In this document: positions 18,215-27,215 of the stretch, in pieces | How positions within the stretch are numbered: position 1 is the first letter of the stretch | Layout: each line of letters begins with the position of its first letter | DNA from: an uncultured Gemmatimonadota bacterium | GTDB taxonomy: Bacteria; Gemmatimonadota; Gemmatimonadetes; Palauibacterales; Palauibacteraceae | DNA length: 64,000 nucleotides | Assembly (NCBI GenBank): GCA_964518305.1 | Contig: CAZFDK010000008.1 | Span: forward strand, 14,252 to 78,251 | Direction: 5' to 3' | The notes under the pieces: model-generated | Told to the model about the DNA's origin: nothing | Seen by the model: only the letters and a program-made list of their open reading frames with translations | Databases searched by the model: none | Position numbers and translations under genes: made by a program

Positions 18215-18952
18215 GTGACGGACGTCCGACCTCCACATCTGACGGCCAGCCTCCTGGTCGCGGCGCTCCTCCTCGCCCCGGCCCGACCGTTCCCCGGCCC
18301 GCGGCTCTCCCCTTCGGCGGCGTCCCTCCGGCCGTCCACCCCGACGGACACCATCGTCGAGAGCTTCCACGGTTACGAGTTCGGCACGCCGGCGGACCAT
18401 ATCGGGGAGATCGACATCTCCCGACCCCCCGACGCGCGGATGGACGGCCTCGAGGTCTACGCGCGCTCGCTCCGCTTCATCGGGACGCCGACCCGGGCCT
18501 ACTTCTACCTCGACTCGGCCGATTATCGCCTCCGCCGCGGGAAGCACCTCATCGAGCCCGACGCGTCGTCCTGCGTACGTCAGCTGACGACGCTCCGCCT
18601 CATGGTGGCCGGCACCAACCCGGATCTCAGCGTTCACGTGATCCGCGGCTCCGGTGCGGAACGGAACGAGGTGGGGACAGAGCCCGGCGCCCCGCCGGTC
18701 CAGTGTCCCGGCTTCATGGAGGCGGATGAGGCCCGGGAGTGGTCGGTGCTGTTCCGGAATCCCGACACGGGCGCCGTGGAGGTCCGGATGGAGCTGTTTC
18801 GCCGCGAGGGACAGCCCCGCATTCTCGCCTGCTACCTGAACAGAGACGATTGCGACTGGCCCGATTCCGTGGCTGTCGAGCCGGGGCCGAAGCTGCTGGC
18901 TCCCGGCCGGGGACCGGACACCACGGATGCACGTCGAGAGGAACGAGGATGA
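18215..18952 (+). CDS. Hypothetical secreted protein
   Basis: Signal-like ASLLVAALLLAPA. Starts 2 nt after the upstream stop. Its stop overlaps the next start (ATGA). Confidence 0.5.
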   Translation: MTDVRPPHLTASLLVAALLLAPARPFPGPRLSPSAASLRPSTPTDTIVESFHGYEFGTPADHIGEIDISRPPDARMDGLEVYARSLRFIGTPTRAYFYLDSADYRLRRGKHLIEPDASSCVRQLTTLRLMVAGTNPDLSVHVIRGSGAERNEVGTEPGAPPVQCPGFMEADEAREWSVLFRNPDTGAVEVRMELFRREGQPRILACYLNRDDCDWPDSVAVEPGPKLLAPGRGPDTTDARREERG

Positions 18953-20568
18953 TGGAGACGCAGGAAATGACCACGGACGACAGCGAGGTCCTGGTGGTGG
19001 CGGACCGGGTTCACACGCTCCGACCGGGCGGCCCCGGTACGACGCGCCCTCTGCCCGACGCGGTGCTCGTCCGCTCCGGCGACGTGACCGCCGTGGGACC
19101 GGCCGAGGACCTCAGGGAGGCCGTCCCCGGGATTTCGATCCTGGACCTGCGGGGGAGCGTGATCACGCCCGGCCTGACCGACTCCCACCTCCATCTGCTC
19201 GAGTGGGCACGGGCCCGACGCGAGGTCGACCTCAGCCGCGCCTCCACGCCGGAGGGCGCAGCCGAGGCTGTCGCTCGCGAGGCGCGCGAGGAGAGCGCGG
19301 GATGGATCCGGGGGCACGGCTGGAGCCGCCACCGGTTGAATGGATTCCCGCACCGGAGCGACCTCGACGCACACCTGCCGGAGCGACCGGTCGCGCTCCA
19401 GAGCCACGACATGCACGCCCTGTGGCTCAACAGCGAGGCCCTTCGCCGCCTCGGCCTCGACGAGGAAACGCCCGATCCCGCCGACGGCCGCCTGGTCCGT
19501 GATGACGAGGGCCGGATCACCGGCGTGCTGCTGGAGAAGGCCGTGGAGATCGCCATCGAGGGCATCCCGGAGCCCGGGGACGCGGAGCTCCTCGGGCACA
19601 TTCGCGAGGCCCAGTCGGCCCTGCACCGGATGGGCTTCACGGGCGTCCACTCCATCGAGATGCACGGATCCAGGTTCCGCTCGCTGCGCCTCCTCCGCAG
19701 GCTCCGGGAGCGCGACGAGCTGCGGCTGCGGGTTCTCCAGCATCTGCCCCATGGTCTCCTGGAGGCGGCCGTCGGGCTCGGGCTACGGAGCGGCTACGGG
19801 GACGAGTTCCTGCGGGTGGGGGCGATGAAGTTCTTCCTGGACGGGACGCTCGGCTCCGGAACGGCCTGGCTCGCCGAGCCCGGGACTCGGGCCGGTGCCG
19901 GCGAACCGCTCATGTCCACCTCGGAGTTCCGGGCCCGTGTCGAGTCCGCGGCCGCCGCCGGCCTGTCCAGCGCCGTGCACGCCATCGGCGACGAGGCCGT
20001 CCAGGTGGCGGCGGAATGCCTGAGCGGGGCGGCCACCGGCGACCTGCCGATGCCCCCGCGCGTGGAGCATGCGCAGCTGATCGATCCGGATCGGCTCTCG
20101 CGGGACCTGGCCACCGGTCTCGTCTTCTCCGTGCAACCGTCGCACTTCTTCTCGGACTGGCGCGACGCAGAAGAGCAGTGGGGGGCGGAGCGCTGCCGCG
20201 GGGCTTTCGCCTTCCAGACCCTGCTGGACCGGGACGGAACCCTGGCCTTCGGCTCGGATGCCCCCGTGGAGCCGCCCGACCCCGGGCGAGCGCTCTTCGC
20301 CGCCACCTCCCGCCGGGGGCTCGACGGGGAACCCTCCGGCGGCTGGCACCCGGAGCAGAGGATCTCCGTCCGCGAGGCCTTCAGCGCCCACACGACGGGA
20401 CCGTCGGCGGCAGCCGGCGAGGAAAACCGGACCGGACGCCTGCTTCCCGGATTCCGGGCCGACCTCGTGGCCTGGGACCGCGACCCGCTCTCGGCCGTGG
20501 GGCGGGGACTGCTGGAGATGGAGCCGGTGGCCACAATGGTGGGCGGCGAGGTGGTCTGGCGCAGCTGA
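18949..20568 (+). CDS. Amidohydrolase-family (Amidohydro_3) metal-dependent hydrolase
   Basis: PGLTDSHLHLLEW (HxH), AVHAIGD and FGSDAPVEP motifs. ATG at 18949 follows a GAGGA SD. Confidence 0.85.
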   Translation: MMETQEMTTDDSEVLVVADRVHTLRPGGPGTTRPLPDAVLVRSGDVTAVGPAEDLREAVPGISILDLRGSVITPGLTDSHLHLLEWARARREVDLSRASTPEGAAEAVAREAREESAGWIRGHGWSRHRLNGFPHRSDLDAHLPERPVALQSHDMHALWLNSEALRRLGLDEETPDPADGRLVRDDEGRITGVLLEKAVEIAIEGIPEPGDAELLGHIREAQSALHRMGFTGVHSIEMHGSRFRSLRLLRRLRERDELRLRVLQHLPHGLLEAAVGLGLRSGYGDEFLRVGAMKFFLDGTLGSGTAWLAEPGTRAGAGEPLMSTSEFRARVESAAAAGLSSAVHAIGDEAVQVAAECLSGAATGDLPMPPRVEHAQLIDPDRLSRDLATGLVFSVQPSHFFSDWRDAEEQWGAERCRGAFAFQTLLDRDGTLAFGSDAPVEPPDPGRALFAATSRRGLDGEPSGGWHPEQRISVREAFSAHTTGPSAAAGEENRTGRLLPGFRADLVAWDRDPLSAVGRGLLEMEPVATMVGGEVVWRS

Positions 20569-20663
20569 GCCCGCCCCTCCGGCAGCCGAGAACGGCCGGG
20601 CCGCCGGATCCCGGGGGGCGGGGGGCTTGCCGAACAAAAGCCGAAAGTATATTCTGCGACCCT

Positions 20664-22331
20664 GTGAGAAACCTGCCCATCCACGACCGCGGCGCCGCCG
20701 AGAACCCGCCGAACCGGTTCGAGCGCCTCTCCGTCTCCCGGGAGGCGTGGACCGGGGAGGAGGATCCGGACCCGGAGACGAAGCTCTACCGGGACGACAC
20801 CCGGTCCATCCTGTCCACCAACGACAGCCCCGACGTCCCCTTCGAGGTGAGCCTCAACCCGTACCGGGGATGCGAGCACGGGTGTGTCTACTGTCTCCGG
20901 GGTGACACCCCGGTGCTCATGGCCGACGGCGCCACGCGTCTCATCCGAGACATCAGGCCGGGCAACGAGATCTACGGTACGGAGAGGCGCGGCCCCTATC
21001 GGCAGTACGTCCGGACCCGGGTCCTGGACGCCTGGCGGACCCTCAGCCCGGCGGTGCGCCTCACCGTCGCCGACGGGACGACGCTGGTCGCCGGGGAGGA
21101 CCACCGCCTCCTGACGCGACGTGGGTGGAAGTTCATGACAGACGCCGAGCAGGGAGCCGGCCGTCGCCCCCACCTCACCGTCAACGACCAGCTGCTCGGC
21201 ACCGGGGCGTTCGCGCCCTCCCCGGAACACACCGAGAGCTATTCACGGGGCTATCTCTCCGGCGTGATTCGTGGAGACGGACACCGGGCCAGCTACCAGT
21301 ACGAGCGAGCGGGAAGGGCCCACGGGAACCAGCACCAGTTCCGCCTCGAGCGAGATCTTGCCGGCCAGGCGCTGAAGAGCAGCGCTGACCTGAACGTCGA
21401 GTCCATCGAGGAGCTCGGTGTGGAGCTCCCCATGTACGACCTCACCACGGGCACGGGCGACTTCATCGCCGCCGGGATTGTGAGCCACAACTGCTACGCC
21501 CGGCCCACCCACGAGTACCTGGGCCTGTCGGCGGGTCTCGACTTCGAGACCCGCATCTTCGTGAAGGAGGATGCCCCCGCCCTGCTCAGGGAGGAGCTGG
21601 AGGATCCCTCCTGGGAGCCGCGGCCCGTCGCCATGAGCGGCGTCACCGACCCGTACCAGCCCGCGGAGCGCAGGCTGGAGATCACCCGCGGTTGCCTGCA
21701 GGTGCTGGCGGAGTTCAGGAACCCCGTGGGCATCGTCACCAAGAACCGGCTCGTGACCCGGGACCGGGACCTGCTGGCCGAGCTGGCGGAGCACGACGCC
21801 GCCCGGGTCAGCGTGTCGGTCACCACCCTGGACGCGGACCTGAAGATGAAGATGGAGCCCCGGGCCCCGGCGCCGGGTCGGAGGCTGGACGCCATCGAGC
21901 AGCTGGCCGAGGCTGGCGTCCCCGTGGACGCCCTGGTGGCCCCGGTGATCCCGGGCCTCACCGACCACGAGATCCCGGAGATCCTCGCCGCCGTGGCCGA
22001 CGCCGGGGCCGGCCACGCCAGCTACGTCCTCCTGCGTCTTCCTCACGGCGTCTCCGACCTGTTCGAGAACTGGCTGGAGCACCACTTCCCGGACCGGAAG
22101 CAGAAGGTGCTGAATCGGATCCGGGACACGCGGGGAGGGCGGCTCAACGACCCGCAGTTCGGGAGCCGGATGAGCGGGGAGGGGCCGTTCGCCCGCCAGA
22201 TCTCGGAGATGTTCGAGATCTCGGCCCGGCGCCACGGCCTGGACGGGAGCCCCGGCGGCCTGTCCACGGACGCCTTCCGCCGCCCCACGACCGGCGGCGG
22301 TCAGGTGGAGATGTTCGCCGACCGCGCGTAG
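20664..22331 (+). CDS. PA0069-type radical SAM protein, interrupted by an intein
   Basis: RGAAENPPNRFE N-terminus. GCEHGCVY-[intein]-CYARPTHEYLG restores CX3CX2C. The C-terminal two thirds are typical of the family. GTG at 20664 is the only in-frame start after the upstream gene. About 355 aa without the intein. Confidence 0.85.
   Translation: MRNLPIHDRGAAENPPNRFERLSVSREAWTGEEDPDPETKLYRDDTRSILSTNDSPDVPFEVSLNPYRGCEHGCVYCLRGDTPVLMADGATRLIRDIRPGNEIYGTERRGPYRQYVRTRVLDAWRTLSPAVRLTVADGTTLVAGEDHRLLTRRGWKFMTDAEQGAGRRPHLTVNDQLLGTGAFAPSPEHTESYSRGYLSGVIRGDGHRASYQYERAGRAHGNQHQFRLERDLAGQALKSSADLNVESIEELGVELPMYDLTTGTGDFIAAGIVSHNCYARPTHEYLGLSAGLDFETRIFVKEDAPALLREELEDPSWEPRPVAMSGVTDPYQPAERRLEITRGCLQVLAEFRNPVGIVTKNRLVTRDRDLLAELAEHDAARVSVSVTTLDADLKMKMEPRAPAPGRRLDAIEQLAEAGVPVDALVAPVIPGLTDHEIPEILAAVADAGAGHASYVLLRLPHGVSDLFENWLEHHFPDRKQKVLNRIRDTRGGRLNDPQFGSRMSGEGPFARQISEMFEISARRHGLDGSPGGLSTDAFRRPTTGGGQVEMFADRA
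20892..21491 (+). mobile_element. Intein (200 aa) with vestigial LAGLIDADG block
   Basis: Starts CLRGDTPVLMADG (block A). GEDHRLLT is block-B-like. RGYLSGVIRGDGH is LAGLIDADG-like. MYDLTTGTGDFIAAGIVSHN gives blocks F/G and is followed by Cys+1. In frame, exactly 600 nt. Confidence 0.82.
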
Positions 22332-22400
22332 GCAGTCACGGCACGATTCGGCTCCGGGGCCCGGGCGGAGGCGGGCCGTCCGGTAAGCGTTCTGGCAGGT

Positions 22401-22802
22401 CTAGCAGGTAGAGTGGAAGAGCCCTCCCACGGGCTCGTCCTCGGCCAGGTCGTTGTAGAGCTCCACGGCCTCCTTCGTCGGGAGGACGTGGGCCGGGATG
22501 CCGCGGCGCTCCAGCATCTGGAGCGTCTCATCCTTCACTCGGAGCCGCTCGTTCATCCCCCGGCTCAGGACCACCTCCTCGGCGCCGTGCTCCAGCAGCT
22601 CCTCCACGTCCTCGGGCTGGATGCCCGGCGAGTGGGAGGTGCCGGTCTCGTTCCAGTCCCACCCGCGCGAGCCCCCGGGCCAGGTCTTGGCGTCCCTGTA
22701 CGGTGTGTGCGCTCCCTCGACTCGGACCTCTCCCCAGGAGATCCCCTCGATACGGGGAGAGCGCGAATCTTCGGACCGGACGTCTGCAGACATCTCCGTC
22801 AC
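22401..22802 (-). CDS. Mth938-like (DUF498/NDUFAF3-like) domain protein
   Basis: ISWGEVRVEG...DAKTWPGG...EVVLSRGMNERLRV pattern. GTG start overlaps the ytxJ stop (GTGA). Confidence 0.68.
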   Translation of the reverse strand: MTEMSADVRSEDSRSPRIEGISWGEVRVEGAHTPYRDAKTWPGGSRGWDWNETGTSHSPGIQPEDVEELLEHGAEEVVLSRGMNERLRVKDETLQMLERRGIPAHVLPTKEAVELYNDLAEDEPVGGLFHSTC

Positions 22803-23176
22803 CTCCCGATGGCCTCGTTGAGAGCGTCCTCCGTCACCGCCCCGTGGGACGCCGACCAGGTCGGACGGCCGTCCCGGAGCACGATGACCTGGGGCGATTC
22901 GTGCCGCACGTCGAACTCGCGGGCCACCCTGTCCGAGAGCTCCCGCTGCTCCGGGACGTCTATCCGATACACCGGCAGATCCGGCCGGGAGCGGGCGAAC
23001 TCCTCGACTTCACCGATGGCCCGGCGGCAGACCATGCAGCGCGAGCTGTGCTTGTAGAGCACCGACGGCCCGTCTGCCGTCGTCCGGAGACGGTCCAGGC
23101 CGTCCGGGGTGAGCCGTGGGAGCTCGTCTCGAACGCCCATGCCGAAGAAGACGTAGGGTAGATCTCGAATCTTCAT
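22799..23176 (-). CDS. ytxJ: YtxJ-like monothiol bacilliredoxin (DUF2847, thioredoxin fold)
   Basis: VLYKHSSRCMVC active-site context and ESPQVIVLRDG. SD GGGAGGGATGAGGA. Confidence 0.72.
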   Translation of the reverse strand: MKIRDLPYVFFGMGVRDELPRLTPDGLDRLRTTADGPSVLYKHSSRCMVCRRAIGEVEEFARSRPDLPVYRIDVPEQRELSDRVAREFDVRHESPQVIVLRDGRPTWSASHGAVTEDALNEAIGR

Positions 23177-23414
23177 TCCTCATCCCTCCCAAGTTGCCGC
23201 CGCCAGCGCCGGTCGGCCAGCACCACGGAGGTCCCGACCCGGCGCTCTGAGATGGACCGCCCCTCCAGGGGACTACGCCCTCACGCTTCCCCACGGCGGT
23301 GAGGACGAGTGGAAAGGCCAGGGCGTACACGAGACCGTCCTGCCACCAGCGTCGCTGCTTTCACCCACAGGGGCCGCTCGCGACCGTAGCGCACGGAGGA
23401 ACGCGCTCTCCGGA

Positions 23415-23912
23415 TCACCCTGCGTGGCGACCGGGGCCGCAGGCGCGGCGAATCTCCGGCGGCTCGCCCCCGGCCTGTCGGGCCGCTGCCCGGCGAAAGC
23501 GCTCCAGCGGCGGGCGTCGGCCGAAGTGGATCAGGTGCGTGGGGCATGCGCAGTCCGACGATCCGAACCCGGGCAGGGGCACCTCAGCCTCCGGGAGGCC
23601 GGCGAGAGCCGCCGCCCACTCGTGCTCCCTCCGCTCCGGATCGCGGGTCACCCACGCCTCCTGGGGCTCCGATCGCTGCCGCAGATAGTCGACGTGCCAG
23701 TGGACGGCTCCTCCTCCCTCCAGGTGACGACGCAGCCTGGCCTCCACTCCGCCCGGGCCGAAGCCGCTCCCCACGTATGCATAGCAACCCGGACGCAGCT
23801 CCAGCGTCCCCAGGCGCCCCACCCGGACCCGCCCCGACGAGCGTGGTCGGAGGAAGAGGACGTAGGTTCCTCCATCGTCGTCGGCCCCGTCACCTCGTTC
23901 CGCCTCCCCCAC
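23415..23912 (-). CDS. DUF123 / GIY-YIG-superfamily protein
   Basis: GTYVLFL...GCYAYVGSGFG...RLRRH...HWHVDYL pattern. GTG at 23912 is the first start after the upstream gene's stop. Confidence 0.62.
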   Translation of the reverse strand: MGEAERGDGADDDGGTYVLFLRPRSSGRVRVGRLGTLELRPGCYAYVGSGFGPGGVEARLRRHLEGGGAVHWHVDYLRQRSEPQEAWVTRDPERREHEWAAALAGLPEAEVPLPGFGSSDCACPTHLIHFGRRPPLERFRRAAARQAGGEPPEIRRACGPGRHAG

Positions 23913-23932
23913 GGTGTCTGCGGCACCGCCTC

Positions 23933-24199
23933 TTACCGCAAGCGCCAGTACAGGAAGACGACCCCCAGGGCCGCCAGCGCCACCGCCTGGCCGGGATCCA
24001 GGTACCCCCGGAGGTAGCCGCCGATGGTCGCCGGGTGGTTCATCCCCCACCAGGCCGCGGCAGCTCCGATGCCCGCGGACATGATCCGCAGCAGGGACCG
24101 CGTCTCCCGGTCCTGGTCGATGCCGCTCAGCGCCAGGTAGACGGCGCCCCCCGCCACGACTCCGAGCACGAGCGCGTTGACAGCCGGGCTCGTGATCAT
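23933..24199 (-). CDS. Small membrane protein (3 predicted TM)
   Basis: MITSPAVNALVLGVVAGGAVYLAL... The ATG overlaps the upstream stop (ATGA at 24196-24199). Confidence 0.5.
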   Translation of the reverse strand: MITSPAVNALVLGVVAGGAVYLALSGIDQDRETRSLLRIMSAGIGAAAAWWGMNHPATIGGYLRGYLDPGQAVALAALGVVFLYWRLR

Positions 24200-24669
24200 A
24201 CCGATTCCTCGCTCTTCCTCACGTGCACCACCTTCTCCACCGTGGCGTGCACCTCCCCCTCTTCGCCCACCAGGTCCACGGTGTACCGACGGTCCGTGGT
24301 CGACTCTTCCTCCAGCGTCCTCCGAATGTCGACGATCTCCTCCTCCGGGAGCAGAAAACGGGCGCGCAGCGTTCCGCGCCCCGGTTTCCGGAAGCGGATC
24401 GACGCCGACCTGTCCCATACCTCGTAGTCGTCCCCCAGGTTCTGGATGAGCATCATCATGTACATCGGATCGACCGCGGCGTACATGCTCCCGCCGAAGA
24501 TCGTGCCCACGTAGTTGCGGGTGCGCCATGTCAGGGGGAGCCGTATCCGGATCTCGCGGAAGTCGTCCGCCAGATAGCTGATCCGGGCTCCGGTGCACCA
24601 GTATGCCGGAAACAGGTTGAAGGCCCACCGCCTGAGACGGGAGCCCAGGGACTCGGACATGCCGTTCAC
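24196..24669 (-). CDS. DUF4442 hot-dog-fold (thioesterase-like) protein
   Basis: FNLFPAYWCTGARISYLADDFREIRIRLPLTWRTRNYVGTIFGGSMYAAVDP, typical of DUF4442. Confidence 0.75.
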   Translation of the reverse strand: MNGMSESLGSRLRRWAFNLFPAYWCTGARISYLADDFREIRIRLPLTWRTRNYVGTIFGGSMYAAVDPMYMMMLIQNLGDDYEVWDRSASIRFRKPGRGTLRARFLLPEEEIVDIRRTLEEESTTDRRYTVDLVGEEGEVHATVEKVVHVRKSEESV

Positions 24670-24790
24670 CGCCTCAACGCTTCCGTCGGCACGGGTGTTG
24701 TTCGTACCTTGCTTCTCGCTGAACGTCGCATCCGGCCTCCGACGCGGCCCCCACCGTCACCACCTGCCCATTTCGCCCACCGAGGTAAGC

Positions 24791-26281
24791 GTGTCCGGCA
24801 ACGATCCAGCCTCCAGCACCGCTTCCCCGGCCCAAGGCGACGACTCCGGCGCCGACGGCAGGCCGAGCCGCGGGAGCCTCTCGGCGCTCGACGGCGCCGT
24901 GCTGGTGGTCGGGGTGGTGCTCGGCGTCGGCATCTTCCGTTCTCCCTCGGTGGTGGCGCTGAACGCGGGAGGCGCCACGTTCTCCCTCGGCGCCGTGTCG
25001 CTGAGCCTGGGCGGCGGAGCCCTGTACCTCGGCCTGTGGCTCCTCGGCGGTCTGGTCATGCTCCTCGGCGCCCTGTGCTACGCGGAGCTCGCCACGGCAT
25101 ATCCGGACGCCGGCGGCGAGTACTATATCCTGTCGCGCGGCTGGGGTGCGCCTGCCGGCTTCCTGGTCGCCTGGTCGCGGATGACGGTCATCCAGACCGG
25201 CTCGCTGGCCATCCTGGCGTACGTGTTCGGCGACTACGTCTCCTCCATGCTGGCCCTCGGGCCGGCCGGCCCGCCGGCCCTGGCTGCCGGGGTCGTGGTG
25301 GCGCTCACCGCGGTTAACGTAACCGGACTCAAGCAGGGACGCTGGACACAGTATCTGCTCACCGGCGGAGCCGTGGCGGCCATGTCGGCGGTGATCGTGG
25401 CCGGCCTCCTCCTCGCCCCCGGCACGGGAGCGGCGGCCGCCGCGGCCCGGGGCGAGTCGCCCGAGCTCCAGACGCAGATCGGCCGGGGCATGATCTTCGT
25501 GCTCCTGGCCTACGGGGGATGGAGCGAAGGCGCGTACGTCTCCGCGGAGATCGAGGACCGGAGCCGCGGCATCGGCCGGGTGCTGCTGTGGGGCACCGGC
25601 GCCATCACCCTCCTGTATGTCCTGGTGAACGCCGCCTACCTGAACGGCCTCGGCCTCGAAGGGATCGCCGCCTCCGACGCCGTGGCCGCCGACCTCCTGG
25701 AGACCGTCGTCGGCCCGTGGGGCGCCCGGGTGGTCACGTCGGCCATCCTGCTCGCCGCCCTCTCCTCCGCCAACGCCACGGTGATCACCGGCGCGCGGAG
25801 CAACTACGCCATGGGCCGGGACTGGTCGCTCTTCCGGGTGTTCGGACAGTGGAGCGACGACCGCGAGGCGCCGGTCAACGCGCTCCTGCTCCAGGGTGGG
25901 ATCGCCCTCCTCCTGGTGGGTTTCGGCGCCGTGGAGCGGAGCGGCTTCCAGGCCATGGTCGACTACACCGCCCCCATCTTCTGGCTGGTCCTTCTCTTCA
26001 CCGGACTCTCGGTGATCGTGCTCCGGCGACGGGAGCCGGAGGCCGATCGGCCGTACGAGGTGCCGCTGTACCCGGTCACGCCGATCCTCTTCGCCGGTGC
26101 CGCCACCTACATGCTCTACTCGAGTATCACGTATGCCGGCGACGGAGCGCTGCTCGGCGTGGCCGTGATGCTGGCGGGCGTTCCGTTCGTCTGGTTTTCG
26201 GACTTCGACACTCGAGGGGACGGTCCGTCCGACCGGAACGCGGCCGGTCCCGACCGGCCCGACTCCACCCGCTCGACCTGA
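24791..26281 (+). CDS. APC-superfamily amino acid permease
   Basis: About 12 TM segments. GVVLGVGIFRSP and ELATAYPDAGGEYY motifs. GTG at 24791 follows a GAGG SD. The upstream part of the ORF overlaps the DUF4442 gene. Confidence 0.85.
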   Translation: MSGNDPASSTASPAQGDDSGADGRPSRGSLSALDGAVLVVGVVLGVGIFRSPSVVALNAGGATFSLGAVSLSLGGGALYLGLWLLGGLVMLLGALCYAELATAYPDAGGEYYILSRGWGAPAGFLVAWSRMTVIQTGSLAILAYVFGDYVSSMLALGPAGPPALAAGVVVALTAVNVTGLKQGRWTQYLLTGGAVAAMSAVIVAGLLLAPGTGAAAAAARGESPELQTQIGRGMIFVLLAYGGWSEGAYVSAEIEDRSRGIGRVLLWGTGAITLLYVLVNAAYLNGLGLEGIAASDAVAADLLETVVGPWGARVVTSAILLAALSSANATVITGARSNYAMGRDWSLFRVFGQWSDDREAPVNALLLQGGIALLLVGFGAVERSGFQAMVDYTAPIFWLVLLFTGLSVIVLRRREPEADRPYEVPLYPVTPILFAGAATYMLYSSITYAGDGALLGVAVMLAGVPFVWFSDFDTRGDGPSDRNAAGPDRPDSTRST

Positions 26282-26293
26282 CAGGAGGACGAG

Positions 26294-27154
26294 ATGTCCC
26301 GCCGAATCATCAGCAGCTCCCTCGCGCTGGCCGCGGTCGCCGCCGTGGCCCTGGCCGCACCGCGCGGCGCCACGGCGCAGGAGCTGGACGTGCCCTACGT
26401 GCCGACGCCGACGGAAGTGGTCTCGACGATGCTGGAGCTCGTCGAGCCCACGCCGCAGGATTCCCTCTACGACCTCGGGTCCGGGGACGGACGTATCGTG
26501 ATCACCGCCGCCGAGCGGTACGGAACGCCCGGCATCGGCGTCGAGCTGGACTCCGGTCGCGTGGCTACCGCCCGCCAGAACGCCCGGGAATCGGGCGTCC
26601 AGGACATGGTGCGCTTCATCCGGGGCGACCTCTTCGACGTCGACGTCAGCGACGCCTCCATCGTCACCCTGTACCTGCTGCCCAGCGTGAACCGCAGCCT
26701 GCGTCCGAAGCTGCTGCGGCAGCTGGAGTCGGGATCCCGCGTGGTCTCCCACGACTTCGACATGGGGGCCTGGAACGCGGACAGCGTCGTACGCATCCCC
26801 GAGAAGAACGGGGGACGGGCCACGGTCTACTTCTGGAAGATCCCGGCACACGTGGCCGGGACGTGGGTCGTGACCAGACCGGACGGAAGTGAGGCACGAG
26901 TCCGAATCGACCAGAAGTACCAGGAGCTGAGGATCAGCCTCCGCGACGGGAGCACGGACGTCGGGGGAGCCGCACTCGACGGCGCCACCATCTCGTTCGT
27001 GCTCGGCACCGCCACCTACACGGGGACCGTTAGCGGCGACCGCATCGAGGGAACCACCGGGAACGGCGGGAGCTGGTCGGCACGCCGGGTCTCCGGCGGC
27101 GCCGAGTCCATCGAGAACTGGCAGCGCTCTTCCGGATTCCGGGAGGCCGGCTGA
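26294..27154 (+). CDS. Class I SAM-dependent methyltransferase-like protein with N-terminal signal peptide and C-terminal beta-rich domain
   Basis: Signal SSSLALAAVAAVALAAPRGATAQE. Motif I is LYDLGSGDGRIVI. Confidence 0.75.
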   Translation: MSRRIISSSLALAAVAAVALAAPRGATAQELDVPYVPTPTEVVSTMLELVEPTPQDSLYDLGSGDGRIVITAAERYGTPGIGVELDSGRVATARQNARESGVQDMVRFIRGDLFDVDVSDASIVTLYLLPSVNRSLRPKLLRQLESGSRVVSHDFDMGAWNADSVVRIPEKNGGRATVYFWKIPAHVAGTWVVTRPDGSEARVRIDQKYQELRISLRDGSTDVGGAALDGATISFVLGTATYTGTVSGDRIEGTTGNGGSWSARRVSGGAESIENWQRSSGFREAG

Positions 27155-27215
27155 CGGGCTCACGCCCGCCTCCCTCCAGCCGACCGGAGGAGAGGTCCGG
27201 CGGCCGGGGAGATCC

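Noticed and set aside
23205-23246. 12-bp-stem hairpin (AGCGCCGGTCGG ... CCCGACCCGGCGCT) between the DUF123 gene and ytxJ, considered as an intrinsic terminator.
   Set aside because: No U tract follows on either strand. It lies 29 nt upstream of the ytxJ start, so it may be a 5'-UTR structure, but GC-rich stems of this kind are common here.
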